Assembly (NCBI GenBank): GCA_052034495.1
Contig: JBPOIL010000012.1
Span: 13,644-77,643 of the forward strand
DNA: 64,000 nucleotides
DNA from: Patescibacteria group bacterium
GTDB taxonomy: Bacteria; Patescibacteriota; Saccharimonadia; CAILAD01; JADZBC01
Direction of reading: 5' to 3'
The notes beneath the pieces are model-generated. The model saw only the letters and a list, made by a program, of their open reading frames with translations, was not told the DNA's origin and did no database searches. Positions 62,770 through 64,000 of the stretch are shown in pieces. Made by a program: the position numbers and the translations under genes. How positions within the stretch are numbered: the stretch's first letter is position 1; each line of letters opens with the position of its first letter.

Positions 62770-64000
62770 CGTAGTTCGGTACGCTTCTGCCAACGTGGGC
62801 GGAATAATTCATAGCTAAGCATTGAGAATGCTAGCGCCGTTAGGCTGATGAGGCTTGTTGCGGGGTAGAACAGTGCCCCCAAGAAGCCTTGTTTGCTGGT
62901 GGAGGATATCATGATCCTCGGAGCTAAGCCCGCGCAGTACGCTGCCGCCCAGAGCGTGATTGACTGAGGACTATAGATTGCCGAAGCAAGAAGTCCGACC
63001 CCTGGAGTTACAAAAAGGAAAGCCCCAAGTGTGATAGCGCTGACGGTCAGAGGCATGTTGAATTGTAGGGCGGGATAGTAACGCTGGACATTGTCATGGG
63101 TAATGGTTTCAAAAGTAGCATGGTTTTGAGACGTTGCGACGTCACCCGCTAGGTAGAAGCTGGTTTTAAGCCCTGCTAGGCTGGCTTGACGCGCTAGCTC
63201 CATTTCGGCGATTGGGCTCTTGCGAGAGGACTTGAAGCCTCCAATTTTGTGTAGGGCTGATCGATTCATCCCAATCAGGCCGCTGTAGGCCAAGTTGATG
63301 CTCGGGTGTTTCTTTTCAACCCATCCCGCCGGATAGCAACCTAGGAGCAAGAAGTGGTTTTGGTTGAGAACAAGTTTTTGTGCTAGGGTTTTGTTCTGGT
63401 CTGCAGGCAAGAGCGAGACGAGTTGTAGGCTTTGCTTCTCCATTAGGCTAACGATTGTCGCGAGGGCATTGGGCATTAGGATGGTATCAGCAGACAGCAG
63501 AACTACTACCTCGCCTTCGGCATGGGTTAGTAGCTGTTCGGCAGCCCAAGCACTGGCTTCCCAACCCGACTCTGGCTCACTAATGTCGAGTATCCTTAGT
63601 CTTTCGTCCTGAAAACCTTGCGCTAGTTTGAGCGTGTTGTCATCAGAACCTAGGTCGGTAAACAGTACCTCTATGTCAGGATAGCTTTGTCCAAGGACGG
63701 CAAGTAGGGTCGAGTTAATGTTTGAACCCTGGTTGAGGGCATGTATTAATACACTAACCTTAGGTGGCTCGCTTATGACAGAGTTTGTTTTTGGTCTTCG
63801 TAGGGAGAGGGCGTTGTAGGTGCCGAGTAGTAGTTGAAGCAGCCCAAGCCCAATGAGGCTGTAGGCAATAATGTTGAAGCGCGCTGTACCCAGATTGAAT
63901 GGATCCGCGGTGAAAAGAATGATTTGAGTTAGCCAGAAGCCCACGAGCCAATTAAGCCAGAGGAAGTTTTTCCAGCCCCTGCGGTATACATGTGCTTTGG
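62766..64000 (-). CDS. GT2-family glycosyltransferase-like membrane protein (5'-truncated by window edge)
   Basis: PKVSVLI, D.GSDDNT, ADT, IGGF; frame stays open to the window end. Confidence 0.8.
   Translation of the reverse strand, partial: KAHVYRRGWKNFLWLNWLVGFWLTQIILFTADPFNLGTARFNIIAYSLIGLGLLQLLLGTYNALSLRRPKTNSVISEPPKVSVLIHALNQGSNINSTLLAVLGQSYPDIEVLFTDLGSDDNTLKLAQGFQDERLRILDISEPESGWEASAWAAEQLLTHAEGEVVVLLSADTILMPNALATIVSLMEKQSLQLVSLLPADQNKTLAQKLVLNQNHFLLLGCYPAGWVEKKHPSINLAYSGLIGMNRSALHKIGGFKSSRKSPIAEMELARQASLAGLKTSFYLAGDVATSQNHATFETITHDNVQRYYPALQFNMPLTVSAITLGAFLFVTPGVGLLASAIYSPQSITLWAAAYCAGLAPRIMISSTSKQGFLGALFYPATSLISLTALAFSMLSYELFRPRWQKRTELR

Overview
Core-genome region of a bacterium with Candidate Phyla Radiation/Patescibacteria hallmarks, probably Saccharibacteria-like. 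The evidence is genetic code 11, no rpmD (uL30) between rpsE and rplO, no adk/map after secY, and many apparently leaderless genes. It carries dnaE (partial), rplS-rnhB-yraN-nusA, clpC-radA-yacL, a class A PBP, tyrS-recG-rsmD, tig-clpP, rpoBC, a fragmented str operon, the S10-spc-alpha cluster, five tRNAs and a small accessory block after tRNA-Trp. The main signal is a set of self-contained, GC-rich transcription cassettes between housekeeping genes, each with a consensus sigma70 promoter (17-bp spacer) and a 3' hairpin. Three have no credible ORF and fold into about 520-640 nt of back-to-back and nested hairpins (2232-2873 minus, 34820-35345 plus, 38129-38670 plus). These are candidate large structured ncRNAs that do not match RNase P, tmRNA, 6S, SRP or intron signatures by eye. 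Four other cassettes carry small ORFans. Other oddities are an EF-G with NKxN in place of NKxD, resistance-type RpoB and RpsL residues, a hairpin-interrupted copy of the tRNA-Leu 5' half, and a CIRCE box upstream of clpC. All structure calls were made by eye; no folding program or database search was run.
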